A stretch of DNA of 64,000 nucleotides, taken from Eutreptiella sp. 'Long Island Sound 2002' (taxonomy: Eukaryota; Protista; Euglenida). The DNA is taken from the NCBI GenBank assembly GCA_964036045.1, contig OZ038378.1, positions 104,904,001 through 104,968,000 of the forward strand, given 5' to 3'. Below, one piece after another: positions 35,770-48,400 of this stretch. Numbering within the stretch: the first letter of the stretch is position 1; every line of letters begins with the position of its first letter. The notes below the pieces were generated by a model that was not told the DNA's origin, searched no databases, and saw only the letters and a program-made list of their open reading frames with translations. Made by a program: the position numbers and the translations under genes.

Positions 35770-36679
35770 CCTTAATCAGATGCCCAATGGAGGTGGAGAT
35801 GTTGCCCGGTGGTTGGAGGTTTTGAGGTTTGACTTTCCGGACACCAGGCGTTCTTCGGCCCCGGGGGGCCACCTGGTCGGACCAGATGATATCATCCCCA
35901 TTGGGACCTACTGGGGGGCCCTTCGTGCCACACCTCCTGCCTAGTGGCGGAGTCCCCCGGGTTCACGGGGCTCGGAGCCCTGTCCCTTCCCAGCTTACCC
36001 ATTTTGCCACTCCCCGGTCAGTGCGACGGTTAGGAAACGTGGTTGCAGGCGCTTACCCACTACTCCGCCCCCCTGATGCGTGGTTGCCCGGGCTGCCAGG
36101 GCCCCTGGGCCCTTGCTACTGGCTTGTCGCCGGTGGGACCCCCATGGGCTGGCGCCGAGGCTGCCTAGCCGCAGGGCTGTTGCTTAGCACTGTGTGCTAC
36201 TACTGCCGTAGCGGGTGCAGTGCCATGGTGGTGTGTGCGCAGCGCTCGCAGCAGGTATGGGGGGTCGGGGCCGGTGCCGGTTCTTGCTCTTCCCTTCCCT
36301 CGCGCCCCTCACGGTGCGTGTTGCGGGCTGTCAATGTCCAGGTGTCCCTTCCCTCCGCCTGCCGGTACGCCATTCGGTGCCGTCTGTGCGTTCCGCGGGC
36401 TCAGTCCGGTTGCCCCTCGGGTCCGACCGCGTGTCCATTGGGTGTGGGTGCGCTCGTGCTCCAGCGGCGTACGCGCTTGCCCTCCCTCACCGGGTGGGTG
36501 TGGCGCGCGCACTACACGCCGTTCTGGTGCAGGGCGCCGGTAGGGGCGTTCCAGGCTGTTCGTGCCCCTCCACGTTTCCCGCCCTGGTCCCGTCGTCCGT
36601 CTTTTTAGCTCTCGGGGGGGTGACCCGCTCCCTTCGTCCCCTTGCCTGGCTTGGGGTCGCTCGCCCCCCTGTTTGCGGG

Positions 36680-38200
36680 CCTGCCCTTGCGAGCTGGCTT
36701 TGCGCGCCGTGGGGGCGGCACGGGGGCGCCCGGGCAGGGGCGCCCCTTGCCTGGGTGTGGAGCGTCCGGGGTTAGGTGCTCTCCCAGGCCCGACCGCCCG
36801 TCCTTGGGGTGTGCGGCCGGGTCCTGCTACGCACCGGCTGTGGGTGCGGGGGTCTTGGGCCTGGGGACCCATCGCCAACCCAACAGCGCGCACTCCTGCG
36901 AGCTGGCTTTGTGTGCTGTGGGGGCGCCACAATGACACCCGGGGGGGGGGGGGGCTCTTGCCTGTGTGTTGGGTGGTCGGGGTTGGGCGCTCCCCCACGC
37001 CCGACTGCCCGTTCTTGTTGCGTACGGCCGGGGCCCGCTACCCAGTGGCTTTGCGTGCGGGGGGTGTGGGCGTGGCAACCCGTCACGAACCCCACAGTGC
37101 GCGCTCGTGCACGCTGTGGGGGCGGCATGAGGGCCTTTAAGGGGGGGGGCGCCGGTTGCCTGGCCGTGGAGTGTCCGGGGTTGGGCGCTCTCCCGTGCCG
37201 GTCCGCCCGTCCTCGGGGCGTGCGACCGGGGCCCGCTACGCAACGCATGTGGGTGCGGGGGGTGTGAGCCTGGGCACCCGTCACCAACCCCACAGTGCGC
37301 GCTCTTGCGAGTTGGCTTTGCGGGCTGTGGGGGCGGCACGAGAACAACTGGTGGGGGGGGGGGGGGATTGCCTGGGTGTGAGGCGTCGAGGGTTGGAGGC
37401 TCTCCCACGCCTGACTGCCCGTCCTTGGGGCGTCCGGCCGGGGCCCGCTACACACTGGCTCTGGTTGCGGGGGGTGTGGGCGTGGTGACCGTCACCAACC
37501 CCACAGGGCACGCTCTTGCGAGCTGGCATTGTGCGCTTAGGGGGCGGCACAAGGGCGTCTGGGGGGGGGACCTACCCACTGGCTGTAGGTGCGGGGGATG
37601 TGGGGGTGGGGACCCGTCATCAACCCCACAGCGCGAGCTTTTGCACGCTGAGAAGGCGGCAGGAGGGCGCCTGGGGGGGGGGCAGCTCTTGCTTGGGTGT
37701 TGGGCGTCCGGGGTTGGGAGCTCTCTCGCGCCCAACCGCCCGTCCTTGCGGCGTGCGGCCGGGGCCCTCTACCCACTGGCTGTGGGTGCGGAGGTTGTGG
37801 GCCTGGAGACCTGTCACCAACTCCACAGCGCGCGCTCTTGCGATCTGGCTCTGCGCGCCTTGGGGGCGGCACGAGGGCGCCCATGGGGGGAGGGGCCACT
37901 TACCTGGGTGTGGGGCCTCCGGGTCGGGGCGCTCCCCCACGCCCGACCGCCCGTCCTTGGGGTGTGCGGCCGGGGCCCCCTACCCACTGGCTGTGCGTGT
38001 GGGGGGTGTGGGCTTGGGTGCCCTCTCAGCAACCCCACAGCGCGCGCTCCTGCGCGCTGTGAGGGCGGCACGAGGGCGCCCAAGGGGGGGGCGCTGCTTG
38101 CCTAGGTGTGGGGCGCCCGGCGTTGGGCGCTCTTGCACGCCCACCGCTCGTCCTTGCTGCGTGCGGCCGGGGCCCGCTACCCACTGGCTGTGGGTGCGGT
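36680..38200. repeat. About 7-8 GC-rich ~190-210-bp tandem units upstream of the LINE
   Basis: GCGAGCTGGCTTTGCG...GGGGTTGGGCGCTC.CCCACGCCCGAC.GCCCGTCCT...GGCCGGGGCCCGCTAC recurs near 36690, 36900, 37305, 37515, 37840 and 38050. Confidence 0.85.
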
Positions 38201-38799
38201 TTTCCTTGGCACCTTCTCCCGTACCGCGGTTTGTTGTGTGTTGTTCGAGCTTCCCGGGTTTGCGGCACCTGTTGGCCGTTGTTGCTTGGCACCTGTCCCT
38301 GTACCGTGTCTGTGGCTGGCGGTGCCTCGTGCCTCGTGGCCCCGCGTTGGTGCGCCGCCCCTTGTCCGGTCCGGTCGCTCCCGGTGCTCCAGTCAGCTTT
38401 CCTGTTTCCGTAGTGCCTCCCCCGACCCCTTGGGCTGTCGCCCCCGGAATTACCAGGAGGCTGCGCTGGCCACGTGGAGGCCGGCCGGGAACCCGGCTCA
38501 TTGTGCCTGCCGCTGGCCCCTGACCAGGCAGGGGCGCTGGGCTCGCTCCGCGTCGTACCCTGTCCGGGGCCCTGCGATGGGGTTGTCCTTGCTCGGTTGC
38601 TCCAGCTTCGTTCTCCGGCTGCGTGCGCTCGCGGTGGTTTGCCGTGTGCGGACCCAGTCACTGAAGCGTCCGGTTTTCTGTACCGTCCGTCTTTCGACAA
38701 GGGACTTCGGCAGTTCACTGGGGCGGTTTCGTGTGGACGCCGACACCTCCCCCTTCGGGTCGGAGGACGCCACGCCCGGGTCCCGCGCGTGTGTGCCTG

Positions 38800-40560
38800 T
38801 GCGTGCTCTTCTTGGTCTGGTCGGGTGGGCGGGCCTTCAGGTGCGCCTCACCTTTCCTTTGGCCGTTTTGTCCTTCTTCTTTGTTCGGCCCCCTCCAGGC
38901 TGGGGTTGCCCGTCCTCCGGTTTTCTTTTGTTTTTTCCTTTTTGGTTTTTTTTCCCGGTTCCTCTCTTTTTCTCTCCCCATCTCCCCTCGCACCCCCGCT
39001 GTCTCCAGCGTTTTGTGCCTCCCGGCCCTGGGTGCCCTGGGCCTTGGCGCCCTGTGTTTCCTCCTGCCCCCCCCCTTTTTTTGTTCCTTTCTGTTTTTTT
39101 TGTGTTTTCCTTTTTTATCCCGTCGTGCGTTCCCCCTCTCTTCGATCTGCAACCCTTCTCTCGCTGGCTGTTGCGTTCTCCTGTTTCCGGCCGCGGGTGC
39201 GCTCGGTTTTGGTGTTGCGCAGTTTGCGCCCCCCCCCCCTTCTTTTTTTCCCCTGCCCCCCCCCCCCCCGCCCACCCTGCCCCCTTTGCCTCGGTGTGCT
39301 GGTGCCCGCTGTTGCCCATCGCTGTGCTTTCTGCTATGTGTGTCCTGGGGTGTCGTGCCGTGCCTCCCTTGCCCTCTCCCCTCTGTGCGGTGCAAGGCTG
39401 CACTGTGGTGGTCGGTGCGCTCGCTTCGTGCTGTTCATTTGGTCTGTGCTGTTTCAGGCGCCCGGTCCTCTGGGGCATTACTGTGTGCTGCGCTCTTTAA
39501 CGTGGTGTTCTGTTGTCTGGTGTTGCGCTGCGCTGCTGGGTGCTTGGTGTGCTGTGCTGCTGCGCGCTGTGCCATTTTCTCCTGCGTCCTGTCGTGTTGT
39601 GCGGCGGCGCCTCCTGTGCGCTGCTGTGTTGTGCTGTGCTAGCGCGCCTGTGTCCTGCTCCTGTGTTGAGCGCTCCCATGCTGTTTTGCTCCTGCCTGCT
39701 TGCTTGCTGTTCTCTCAGCTTGCCCCCCCCCCTGGTGTGCGCGCAGTGCCTTGTGCCGTCTGCTGTCGCCTTGCTGTGCTGCCCTTCTGTCTGGTGCTTT
39801 GCGGTGCCGTGTTGCCGTGTTCTGTGCTGCGTGTTGTGGTGTGGTGTCCCACCTTGCTTTGTTGTGGGCTGCCCCGCGCTGGTCGTGTCGTCCGGCTGCC
39901 TTGGTGGCGTTGTGTTTTGATATCTGGTTTTGCTGTGTGTTGCCTTGTGCCGTGTCCCTGGGTGCTGTGCTGCGCGGTGTTGCTCTGCCCTGTGTTGTGC
40001 TGTTGTGTGCTATGCTGTTTTGCTTAGACCGTTTGGTGCTGCTGCGTGCTGTGTCGTGCCCTTGGGCGCTATCCGTTGCTCTGGGGTCCTGCGGTTTCCG
40101 GCGCTGTGTTTTGTGGTTTTCCTCCGCGCTGTATGCTCTTTGCTGTGTGGTCGTGTGTGCTGTTGTTCGCTGCAGGGCTTTGTGCTGTGGTTGTTCTGGC
40201 GTGTCTTGCTGTGCGTTCCCTGTCCTCTCCGCTCCGGGCGGTGCTGTGCTGCGCTGTGCTGGTGCGCTTGCGTCGCGCTGTTCGTGTGGTCCGCGCTGTT
40301 TCCAGCGCTGTTTCCGGCGCCCGGTGCTGTGGTGGGATGCTGTGTGTTGTTCTGTTGCCTGTGGTGTGCTGTGGCGCGGTGCTGGGTCTTGCTCTCCGTG
40401 GTCGTCTTCTGGTGGCGTGTTTCGGTGTCGGTCGCCCTGTTTGGCCGCTTGGCCTGCTTCCCTGTGGTTGCTGTGGTTTGCTGCGGTGCCCTGCTCCCCT
40501 GTGCTGTGTTCGTTGTTGCTGTGCTGTTGTGTGGTACTGTGCTGTGGTGTTCTGCTGTGT
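38800..40560. repeat. Low-complexity T/G/C tract almost devoid of A on the + strand
   Basis: Degenerate TGTG/TGCTG/GTTG repeats with only a few A per 60-nt line. Confidence 0.9.
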
Positions 40561-41829
40561 TTTTGCGGCGCTGTTTGTTTTTCCTGTTTCTTTTCTCTTT
40601 GGAAAACCGCTCCAAAACCCGTAAAAGAAATATATTTTTCCCCCTTTTTTTGTTTTTTTTTTGAAATAAAATAAAATTATACACAACCCAACACACCTGC
40701 AGATGTTGCGGAGTGGTCCAGCTGTGATAGGACATCATGGCTTTCAGAATGGTGGGGTCCTACGTGTCCTCAAATGGGTGGTTGGGTCCCGTGCTCTGGA
40801 GCAGCTTTGCTGGTGCACCTATGTCCCTGTCGGGCACCAGGTCGTCTCATGTTGCTTGGGGTGTGGTATCCGGTGGTCCTGTGTGCCCTTCAGGTACTTC
40901 CATCTCACACTTTGTCCAGCCGCGTAGCATGCCTTCCACGTACGTGACGTCCATGTACGGTCGGATGCTGTGCTCCGCTAGGGTGCGGGCATGGGCTAGT
41001 TGTCCCAACAGTGTCCACTGTTGGTGTGCCGGCGAAGTTGGCTGGGCTGTAGGCTGTTGAGGCTCCTCCGCCTCCGTCACTGCCTCCCTGTGGCTTACGT
41101 TGTGTACAAAGGTGTATTTGTCGTTCTGCTGTGTAGGTGTCCAGTCCAGGTGGACCGCACCTGTGGCTGCTGTGGCTGGCCAGCATGTTGCGGTGCGTGC
41201 ATAGGGCGGGCCAATTTTGTCATGGAGGGGAATGGTGTGGTTCCACGTCCAGCTGTTCAAGGTCAGGATGAGGTCCGCCGCTGTTTCTTCGTGTGTTGCT
41301 GGTTGTAGGCCATCTGACTTTTGGATGTGGTCCAAGTCCTCTTGCGCGGGTCGCGCCTCCGTGAGGTCCATCCAACTCCCCGCCTTGGATACACGTTTCT
41401 GCAACACAACTCCTTCTTGGGGTTTTTGTGGGCCTCCTGCATGCATCGCCAAATCCTTTGGGCGTATGCTTTCGGGTCCAGGCTTCCTCTTGCTGTTGTG
41501 CCGGTCGTCATCTGCCTCCCTGCCTCATTGAGCGCTCGGCACAGGCTCCATGTGGGTCCTTGGTGCGCCTGGGCACCAAACAAACTTGCTGATAGTATCA
41601 TGCCACCCAGCAAGTCAGGCGACAGGTCCAGAGGGGGTGTTGACAAACTCCGTTTCCCAATTCCTCAGGGATTTGTGGTCTCAGCAGACGCATACCAGCT
41701 GCAGAGCAATTTGGCCCCCCCCGTTGAAGAGGGCGCTCACAGTTGTATGGGCCCCCCTGGACCTTTTTTTTGCATTCTGCATCCGGTAAGTCCCCGGGGT
41801 GCTAGGTAGGCCTCCTTGGTGCTTGCAGT

Positions 41830-44743
41830 GCTTGACTTCGTCTGGGAGGGGCTGAGGACACGGGACCAAAATGCAACACGCCAATAGTTCCCCTTGTCGT
41901 CAGTTTGTTCCAGAATGGTGCCCGTGGCATAGTCGCTCGTGTCCGTTCGGATGACAAGGGGCTTGTCTGGTTTCACCAGAAAGAGGGCAAGAGGCTTGAG
42001 CAGCTCTTGCTTGAGGTCCTGGAAGGCAGTGTCTGGTTCTGGCGTCCAATGTAAGGGGTGATTAGAGCCCCTTCGCGCCTCTGACATGGAGAGTTGAAGC
42101 ATGGAGTATAGGGGGGCCGCATGATGTCCAGAGAGACGGACGACTTCCTGGTAAAAGTCGACATGTCCAAGGAATGCTCTGAGCTCAGAGACTGCTTGGA
42201 GCTTGTCCCACCTTCCGGGGCACGCAATCATGCCGTGGACGGGCCTCTTGACAGCATAGCCGACCACATGGCCGGGCAAATTTGAGTTGCTTGACCAACA
42301 TTTTGGCCTTGTTGGGTGAAACAGCACGCTTGTTCTCCCTGAAGCGCCGTAGCACAAGCCGTAGGTGCTTGGCGTGCTTCTGCATGGCCTCTCCGTTGGT
42401 TGGACGTCCTGAACTGACGATCATGTTGACCACGAATGGTCTGGTAAAGTTGCGGTAATCCTTCAGGACGTCGTCCAGGAGGCCTTGAAGGGCCGCATTG
42501 CCCCTTTTGACCCCCATCAGGATTACGCGCCACTTGTAAGTGCGGATAGGCCCGGACATTGTCGTGCAATCCTGCGACTCGTCCGCCAACTTCATTTGAT
42601 GGTTGCCATGCTTCATATCCAGCACACTGAACACCTGTTTTTCGCACTTGATCCTGCAAGATGTTGTTTATCAGGGGGATACCATACGAGTGCATCTCAG
42701 TCATGGAGTTTAATTGTCTGTAATCTACCTCAAGCCGCCCTGAACCGTTCATCTTTTGGGCAACAATGAATGCCGGCGACCCCCGTTCCGAAACAGAGTG
42801 GGCTGTCAAACCACGCTCCAGGAACTGGTCCATACCGGCCTTCAACTCCTCCATAATATCGCTTTTCGGGACGAGATTCCTTTGGTGGAAGGGTTTGTGG
42901 TCCTTCACCAACTTGATGACCGCCTCAGCGAATGCACTGCGTTCTTTCGCAGGGGGATTTTTTGCAGGCGTAGCGCCGATCACGCCCGTGAACTCCACCT
43001 TCACATTTCCTCCAATTTGTGTAGCGCCGGACCTGTGTATGCCTCGGACAAGGCTTGAGTAGGCACCCGGACCACTGAGGGGATACCTGCCTCCGGGATT
43101 GACTGGTCAATCCGCTCCATGCGGTCCCTCAAAGATGTGATGATCCGAGCAAGGTCTCTCAGCAAGCGTGGATGGTGCCAATTATTCGGTCCATGGAGGT
43201 GGTGACTTGTGCTGGCATTAGAGTTCAAGCCCTGCTGAGATGAGAAGGGACTCTCAGAGGCGTCGACGGACCCCATCAGTTACTGGGGCGGTGAAATAGA
43301 GCCGATAGGTACCTCAGAACCGCCCAAATCTGTCGCCAAAGGCTCACCAGACTTTATAAGGGCTGATTCCAAAGTCGACCTGGATGGAGTTCCGATGCAA
43401 TGCCGGGAGGCAGATGATAATGTCGCATTTTTGAGAGATGAAGTGGATGATTGGTAGGATTTCGAACTTTCCAGACTCAATGGGGCTCGATCGAGCGATT
43501 TCAGTATTTTGGTCATGAATGATGATGATTGCGGAGATGATGATGATCATGATGATGATGGGGAATATGACTGCTTGTCCAACAATTCGCCCATCGACTA
43601 GGAGATCCACGAATGATCCTGAAATCTGCCACACAATACATCCCTGGTGTGGATGATGGCATGGCTTGCAGAGGGAGGGGATGGCTGGGCACTCACAGAG
43701 TGCATGTCCAGATGCTGGGCGAAAATTGTGCAGACAGCATCATCATCCGACTGAGTCTTGAGCTACGGGCTCCAGATTGGCATCATCAGGTCGGTGTCCT
43801 CCTCATATTGGAATCTCACGGCTGATATTCTGGCAGTATCCACCTCTGATGGCAGGGCGTCAAGGAATCCGTCAACCCAAATAGCCCAGGTACCCCCATT
43901 GCAAGGCGTGCGACCCGATGCTTTGCCATTTCCGGACAAGAAGAGCTTGGTGTGGGGCGGAACTGTGCAATCCGCCAAGGTGATGGAGTTCAATGCGCCA
44001 CGATGCGCGGCCTCGTTGAATGGGCAGGCCGATGAATAATCCCGCAGGAGCAACATTTGCTGGGCCTTGTCCGAGATGAACTTCTGGACAACCTGTTCGA
44101 GCCATTCAGACCAGGGATTGGACCATTTTTGCTGCCATGCACCGTCCATTTTGGTCCAGTACCGAGAAAATTGGTGGTTACCGGCCGAGGGGAGGGCGTC
44201 CACGGTGGGGGTTGGGTAGCCAACATGCTGGAGCCACGTCTGAAGATGCTGTAAATAGATGGTGTAGGAGCTGGTAACCCAACGCGTGGGTCGATCTGGC
44301 AGGACATCCTGAGGCATGCATGGGGGGATTGTCTTTATGGCAGGAAGGTCTAACTGGGATCTGGGTATAAGGTAGAGGAAAACGTCCTCTGACTCGATCA
44401 CGAGACATCGACAGTGTGGCAGCGCGCCCATGGAACTGTTGACCATGAAGGGGTATGCCACAGGGAGGTTGTAGCCTAAGATGTTGGCCTGATAGAACAG
44501 ATCAGAGAACTCCGCTGAAGTGGTGGAGAAGTCAACTTGTGGCGAATGAGACGGCCAGAAGTGTAGGCTGAGATTTGCCTGTTCAGAACCTCCGAATATG
44601 CAGGTGCCGTTGGCAACTTTGAGCCGAACCGGCTGAGAAGTGGTGCAGAGAAGAGATGGGTGGAGGAGTCCACGGCAGATGACATCCACGTGGGCCCCCG
44701 AGTCCAGCAAGACAAGTAGATCTCTGGTGGTTACATCGAACAT
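41830..44743 (-). pseudogene. Ty3/gypsy-type pol remnant: aspartic protease, Dam-like methyltransferase, RT, RNase H (integrase not seen)
   Basis: PR: LLDSGAHVDVIC. RT: SPAFIVAQK..GRLEVDYRQLN and FSVLDMKHGNHQ. Connection: LRAFLGHVDFY. RNase H: PLVIRTDTSDYATGTILEQ...VAFWSRVL. The YxDD motif is decayed to FVVN. Confidence 0.85.
43880..44230 (-). other. Dam-like N6-adenine methyltransferase domain remnant (left copy)
   Basis: VDALPSAGNHQFSRYWTKMDGAWQQKWSNPWSEWLEQVVQKFISDKAQQMLLLRDY resembles the phage/DIRS Dam pattern D-x-F-A-S-x2-N...Y...DA...W...NPP(W/F)...K.... Confidence 0.6.
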
Positions 44744-45442
44744 GGTTATGAAGAATGTGAGAAGAACTTGGGTGCGATCGGGGGTGTGTCAAATTTGCTT
44801 GAGCTTGATGGAGGCGTCTTTTCACAGAACCTGGGACGGGGATGAGGAGGGGACAATCGCCTTCGGTGGTGGCATGTTGGGGGGGACATCATGCCAAACA
44901 ATTCTCGGGTGGATGGCAGGAGATGGCAATTGCCCTGGTCATCAGCGTTGCCCTGGCTGGGCATCCAATGGTGCAATGGCCCCCCTATTTTGCTGCTGTC
45001 TGGCCCCCCTTCTCCTTCTCCTTATCTTTGCCCTTGTTGGGCGTTGACTTGGGCGGCGTCTTCAATATCTCACTCTCCTTCTTGCGCTGCTCATTGGTGA
45101 GCGCCAGCGCGTCATCGGCCTTCTATCTGGCACCCAACACCCTCACTAACTACACCTCACATCTCCTATGGTCGTGGCCCCAATCTTTCTTGCGGGCGTC
45201 ATTGCCCTAAAATTTTCTTAGCAGGCGTAACAACCAGATCCCTAGGGGTACTGCTGCACAAAATGGTGGAATCCGGGAATTCCACTGGAGGTAATCCACT
45301 TCTGCCAGTCCTCTTCGGACAACTCATGGACCAGGGCTCCACCGGATGAGTCCTTGCCTGGGGGTTTACCCCCTTGCGGACGGTGATCTTGTCCTCCTTG
45401 TCGTCGCTGCTGGCATTTGTCGGCACGCGGGGCGGGTGCAAC

Positions 45443-48400
45443 TGAAGCATTTTCGGCGGGGGTGATGTCCGTGCGTCCACAGAAAAATCGAAAATTCTTC
45501 AACCCATCACCCCAACCCCTCTAAGTACTACATGAAGTCTATTCCAAACTTAGATTCCATTGGAGTTGCGTAAATGGTCTTGGAATCCTTGCTCACCCCA
45601 CGGGGAGCGTCCGCGGACAGAATCTGGCGTCTATGGACAAAGAAATGGTATATGTAACAAAATAAATGCGTTGACATGTACAATGTATATGTATCACCTC
45701 TAAACTATAAAATAGCTTAAAAAGGAAGACGAAATGAAGGCGACGGCGTCGCCGCCATCAGAAAATCTGACGGCTACGAGGCGTCGCCATCAGGATCTCC
45801 ACTGAGATCCTGCCCAAACTGGGCCAACCAGTGGTTTCTTGGGCGAAAAACAATGAAATAAAGTGATTTTTGAGTCAAAAACACTCATTTTGCGCGTCTC
45901 CCCCCAACGCGTCGCGTAGCCGACACGACGCGTTTCTGTACCAATTCAACCTACATATGAAAAGGCCCACTGTTGGGCTACGCCATGGGTGTCTGGGCGA
46001 TTCCTGGAATCGCCTCAGCATTTTTTGAAAAATGCGTGAACGTGCTACTTTTCGCAAAAATGGACCTTCGCGGAACGCCGCGAAAAAGGTCACGCTACAA
46101 TCTTTTAGTTCTAAAAACGATAAAACAATAATAAAATTGCCTAAAATCTTTAGAAATCTTCTCGATCTGGGGCTGCGTCGCGCAGGCGACGACTGTCGTC
46201 GCCAGCCCAAAAATAGACGTAAAATAACGATTTCTGGGGTATTCTACAAAAATCCCACAGAAATCAAGATGCCGTAGCATCAACAGGAAAATTCCTGATC
46301 TGGCCTGGCGAAGAGCGCCACAGGCTGTGCAGCGGGTATGGGTGAAGCACCCCATACCGCTTCACCCCCCTCCTTAGAAGCCTTGCCTATATCCAAAGGA
46401 AGGCAAGGCCAAGGAGGCGCTCTGACCCCTGCAGTGCCCTGGTTTCAACTCTGATACAGCAAGACAGTGGGGGGGGGGGGGGCTTCGTGAGTAATTTACA
46501 TGCCACACACATGTAAAAAAACAAATTTTTTTTTGATCTTGATATATTCATAGGGCAATTCCCCCCCAGGCGACCACACTGGTCCCTGGCACTCCTCGTA
46601 GCCTCTGGTGACCAAACCAGGGGCGCTGCAGGGCCTTCCGCCCTAACTGATGGCGCTTAGGCGCACATATTGGCCCTTTTTCTCCATGGGCATGGAGATC
46701 AATAATTCAATAAATTCGGAAAAAATTATTTAGGGTCAAACCCAAGGCGACGACTTCCTCGCGCCTGAATTTAGGGCCATATCCTGCCCAAGGCGACGAA
46801 TTCCTCGTGCCTTTTAGGGTCGATTCCCGACCCAGGGTGACGAATGAACGCACCGGTTTCGGGGGATTTAGGGTCATTTCCTACCCATGGCGCCCCACGC
46901 CTATTTAGGAGGGGACCTCCCGGAGGGTCAACCAACCCAAGGCGACGAATTAACGCGCCTGATTTGGTTACTGGTGGACGAGCAGCGCCTTCCGCGCAGC
47001 ATGCTGTCGTCGCTTCAAGGATCAACCATCATAGAAGTCCACGCCACTTGTCAGGCTGCTGCAGGGTCCAGAATTCCTCAAGACCTCTGCTGGGATCGTC
47101 GTCGTCACCGCAGGAGCTCCTGGAGCTGATCTCAGGGCTGTCGTCGTCGCTGCTGTTGCCTTGGGGGCCAGTCTTGGCCCAGGCGTCCCTTCTTGCACTG
47201 TATTTCCACCAGTGCAATACCTTAGGCTGCAGTCTGTTGCGCTGCGGGAGTTGTCGAAAACCAGGCAGCAGGATACCACCTCAACGTTGTGGGAGCTCAT
47301 CGACAGGACCACAAGTGAACCACGCGGACAGCGGCAAGACCATTTTGAAGCATTTTCGGCGGGGGTGATGTCCGTGCGTCCACAGAAAAATCGAAAATTC
47401 TTCAACCCATCACCCCAACCCCTCCAAGTACTACATGAAGTCTATTCCAAACTTCGATTCCATTGGAGTTGCGTAAATGGTCTTGGAATCCTTGCTCACA
47501 CCACGGGGAACGTCCGCGAACACAATCTGGCGTCTATGGACAAAGAAATGGTATATGTAACAAAATAAATGCGTTGACATGTACAATGTATATGTATCAC
47601 CTCTAAACTATAAAATAGCTTAAAAAGGAAGACGAAATGAAGGCGACGGCGTCGCCGCCATCAGAAAATCTGACGGCTACGAGGCGTCGCCATCAGGATC
47701 TCCACTGAGATCCTGCCCAAACTGGGCCAACCAGTGGTTTTTTGGGCGAAAAACAATGAAATAAAGTGATTTTTGAGTCAAAAACACTCATTTTGCGCGT
47801 CTCCCCCCAACGCGTCGCGTAGCCGACACGACGCGTTTCTGTACCAATTCAACCTACATATGAAAAGGCCCACTGTTGGGCTACGCCATGGGCGTCTGGG
47901 CGATTCCTGGAATCGCCTCAGCATTTTTTGAAAAATGCGTGAACGTGCTACTTTTCGCAAAAATGGACCTTCGCGGAACGCCGCGAAAAAGGTCACGCTA
48001 CAATCTTTTAGTTCTAAAAACGATAAAACAATAATAAAATTGCCTAAAATCTTTAGAAATCGAGAGTTAAATTCTCGATCTGGGGCTGCGTCGCGCAGGT
48101 GACGACTGTCGTCGCCAGCCCAAAAAAGACGTAAAATAACGATTTCTGGGGTATTTTACAAAAATCCCACAGAAATCAAGATGCCGTAGCATCAACAGGA
48201 AAATTCCTGATCTGGCCTGGCGAAGAGCGCCACAGGCTGTGCAGCGGGTATGGGTGAAGCACCCCATACCGCTTCACCCCCCTCCTTAGAAGCCTTGCCT
48301 AAATCCAAAGGAAGGCAAGGCCAAGGAGGCGCTCTGACCCCTGCAGTGCCCTGGTTTCAACTCTGATACAGCAAGACAGTGGGGGGGGGGGCTTCATGAG

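Noticed and set aside
38026-40738. Long Cys/Leu/Val-rich ORFs (up to 517 aa) and their antisense partners
   Set aside because: They are open only because the + strand lacks A (stop codons need A). The sequence is low-complexity with no domain motifs.
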